Both the position numbers and the translations under genes were made by a program. A stretch of DNA of 64,000 bases. It comes from Daphnia carinata. Its lineage: Eukaryota. Below are positions 62,382 to 64,000 of this stretch, piece after piece. Where the stretch lies: the NCBI RefSeq assembly GCF_022539665.2, contig NC_081331.1:10044001-10108000 (forward strand), written 5' to 3'. How positions within the stretch are numbered: position 1 is the stretch's first letter; each line of letters opens with the position of its first letter. Below the pieces are notes generated by a model. It ran no database searches. It was not told the DNA's origin and saw only the letters and a program-made list of their open reading frames with translations.

Positions 62382-64000
62382 TGCAATAAACACAAACAAA
62401 AGGTAAATAGAAGAAACGAGAAATGTGTGTACGTGTAAAATTAAGACGATACGGTACATCATCGTAAAAAAAAAAAAAAAAATCTAAACGTTAGTAAACA
62501 TAACCTATTAAAAGCTTTCCTTGTATTCCTAACTGGATTTCATTTAACGTCGATGGTTCGAAAAGAAAAAAAAAAAGTGAAAAGTACATCGAAGCCATCT
62601 GGTTATTGGTGTCTTTAAGCGAGACACTCGCAAATGTCCGTCATTCTGACGTCACCCAATGGATTTGTTAAGAATCTTTTTTTTTTTTTTTTTTCTTTAG
62701 TACGTTAACGGAATCCTTTCTATTTTTTTTTCTCTCCCCCAGAAAGTATCTAACGAAGAGGGAAAGAAAAAAAAAAAATAAAACAAAAAACAACGGGACG
62801 ATGATTGCCACCGGTGATATGCACGTCCCGTTGTCTAGCAAAGAAGAAAACAAACCACCTGTTACGCTCCAGCAATCGTCCTAGAGAAACGGCCAAGAGA
62901 GGCTCTCGGCCACTTAGAGGAAGCCAGCCAAATGGAAACCGGTTAACTGTACCAATAACCGTATCAAAGAACAACAGAAAAGAAACAAAAAGTACGCGAC
63001 CCACGCAATCTCGATTCGCTCTCTCCGCTATCCAACAAAACTAAAAAAAAAAAAAATTGTTCGTTAATTAAAGAAAGAGGGGGGCCGATGAATTTTGATG
63101 CGAACCAACCCAAAAAAAAAAAAATATATAAAATGGAAATGACAAATGTTCGTTAATAGCCTTTTTTCATTTAATTGCTTTTTTTTCTTTTATTTATTCG
63201 GAAAACGGAGGGGGGGAGAAACTGTCTGCACTTCCTTAGATCGTAAAAATATTCTTCCCCCCAAAGTCTCCTTTAAAAAAAAAAAAACTGGAATTTGAAA
63301 ACCGGAATATGTTGGTCGTAATCATTTTCATCACCAGGTAGATGAGGGTTTGTTTTAAAGGGTAAAAACAGAAATAAGCCTTAATTAAAGTGACTGCTAC
63401 CCCCGTTATCCAGCCAACGGTGTCCGATGAACAGTATGTTCACCATTAAGTTCATCCTTTTTGTTTTGGTTCTATCCTTTTCAAAATGGGAAACCACACA
63501 AATTCGTCTATTTACTTTTCAATGTTTTGCGGTTGAAGCTCTGTCTATGTGTATTCGCCTTCCCAAAAAAAAAAAACTACTCTTACTGGAAACACCTTGA
63601 AAAAAAAAAAAGAAAAGCAGGAAGAAGAATCGAAAGAGCTGGAGGGAAGACCTTGAGGCTGGTTTTCCTAACGGTACACCTTTATAACAAAAAAAAAAAA
63701 AAAAAAAACTCCGTCACTCTCTCGGCATCGCAAAGTTCGTCGACCTTCTCTTTCCATCATTTTCTCCTTTTTTTGTTTTGTCTCTAATTTATTCATGCAC
63801 AAAATGTCGTGTGATGACGGGCCTTGACATTCGTACTCATACGTCTTGTCATCGTCTATTACATCACAAAAGAAGGACGAGTACAAAGTGAATCTCAAAA
63901 ATTTTTTGGGGGTGTTTATTCAGACGACTGTATGGAATGCTAAGTTTCATCTGCATACGATTTCACGTCGATTGCACATCATCATTCGCTGTGAGGCAAT

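Noticed and set aside
1..64000. CRISPR arrays, rRNA genes or prokaryotic operons
   Set aside because: No regularly spaced repeat-spacer array or rRNA-like sequence is present; the DNA is intron-rich and eukaryotic.

Overview
Gene-dense eukaryotic (arthropod) genomic DNA with many short (~55-120 bp) GT-AG introns. It is most consistent with a water flea (Daphnia; inferred from intron size, gene density and a SOD-vitellogenin fusion gene). Spliced genes in order: 3' end of an unknown gene, GLE1 (-), SOSS-C/INIP (+) followed 5 nt later by an intronless METTL5 (+; candidate bicistronic unit), DMAP1 (-), DCAF1/VprBP (+), a SMIM29/C3orf18-like small membrane protein (-), a Cu/Zn-SOD-vitellogenin fusion (+), VPS33A (+), exportin-4 (-), a C2H2 zinc-finger gene (+) whose CDS overlaps folliculin (-) by 12 bp, sulfakinin (+), a COX7B-like/Deltameth_res protein (-), Sfmbt (-) and the 3' part of nuclear receptor E78 (-). 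Between VPS33A and exportin-4 lies a ~10 kb repeat island. It contains a large palindrome (arms ~2.2 kb) carrying a decayed spliced gene, a dense hairpin cluster and three tRNA-like sequences in its spacer, and one arm is interrupted by nested DNA transposons with clear target-site duplications. Gene identities come from recognising protein motifs by eye, and exon boundaries were read manually; no database search was run.
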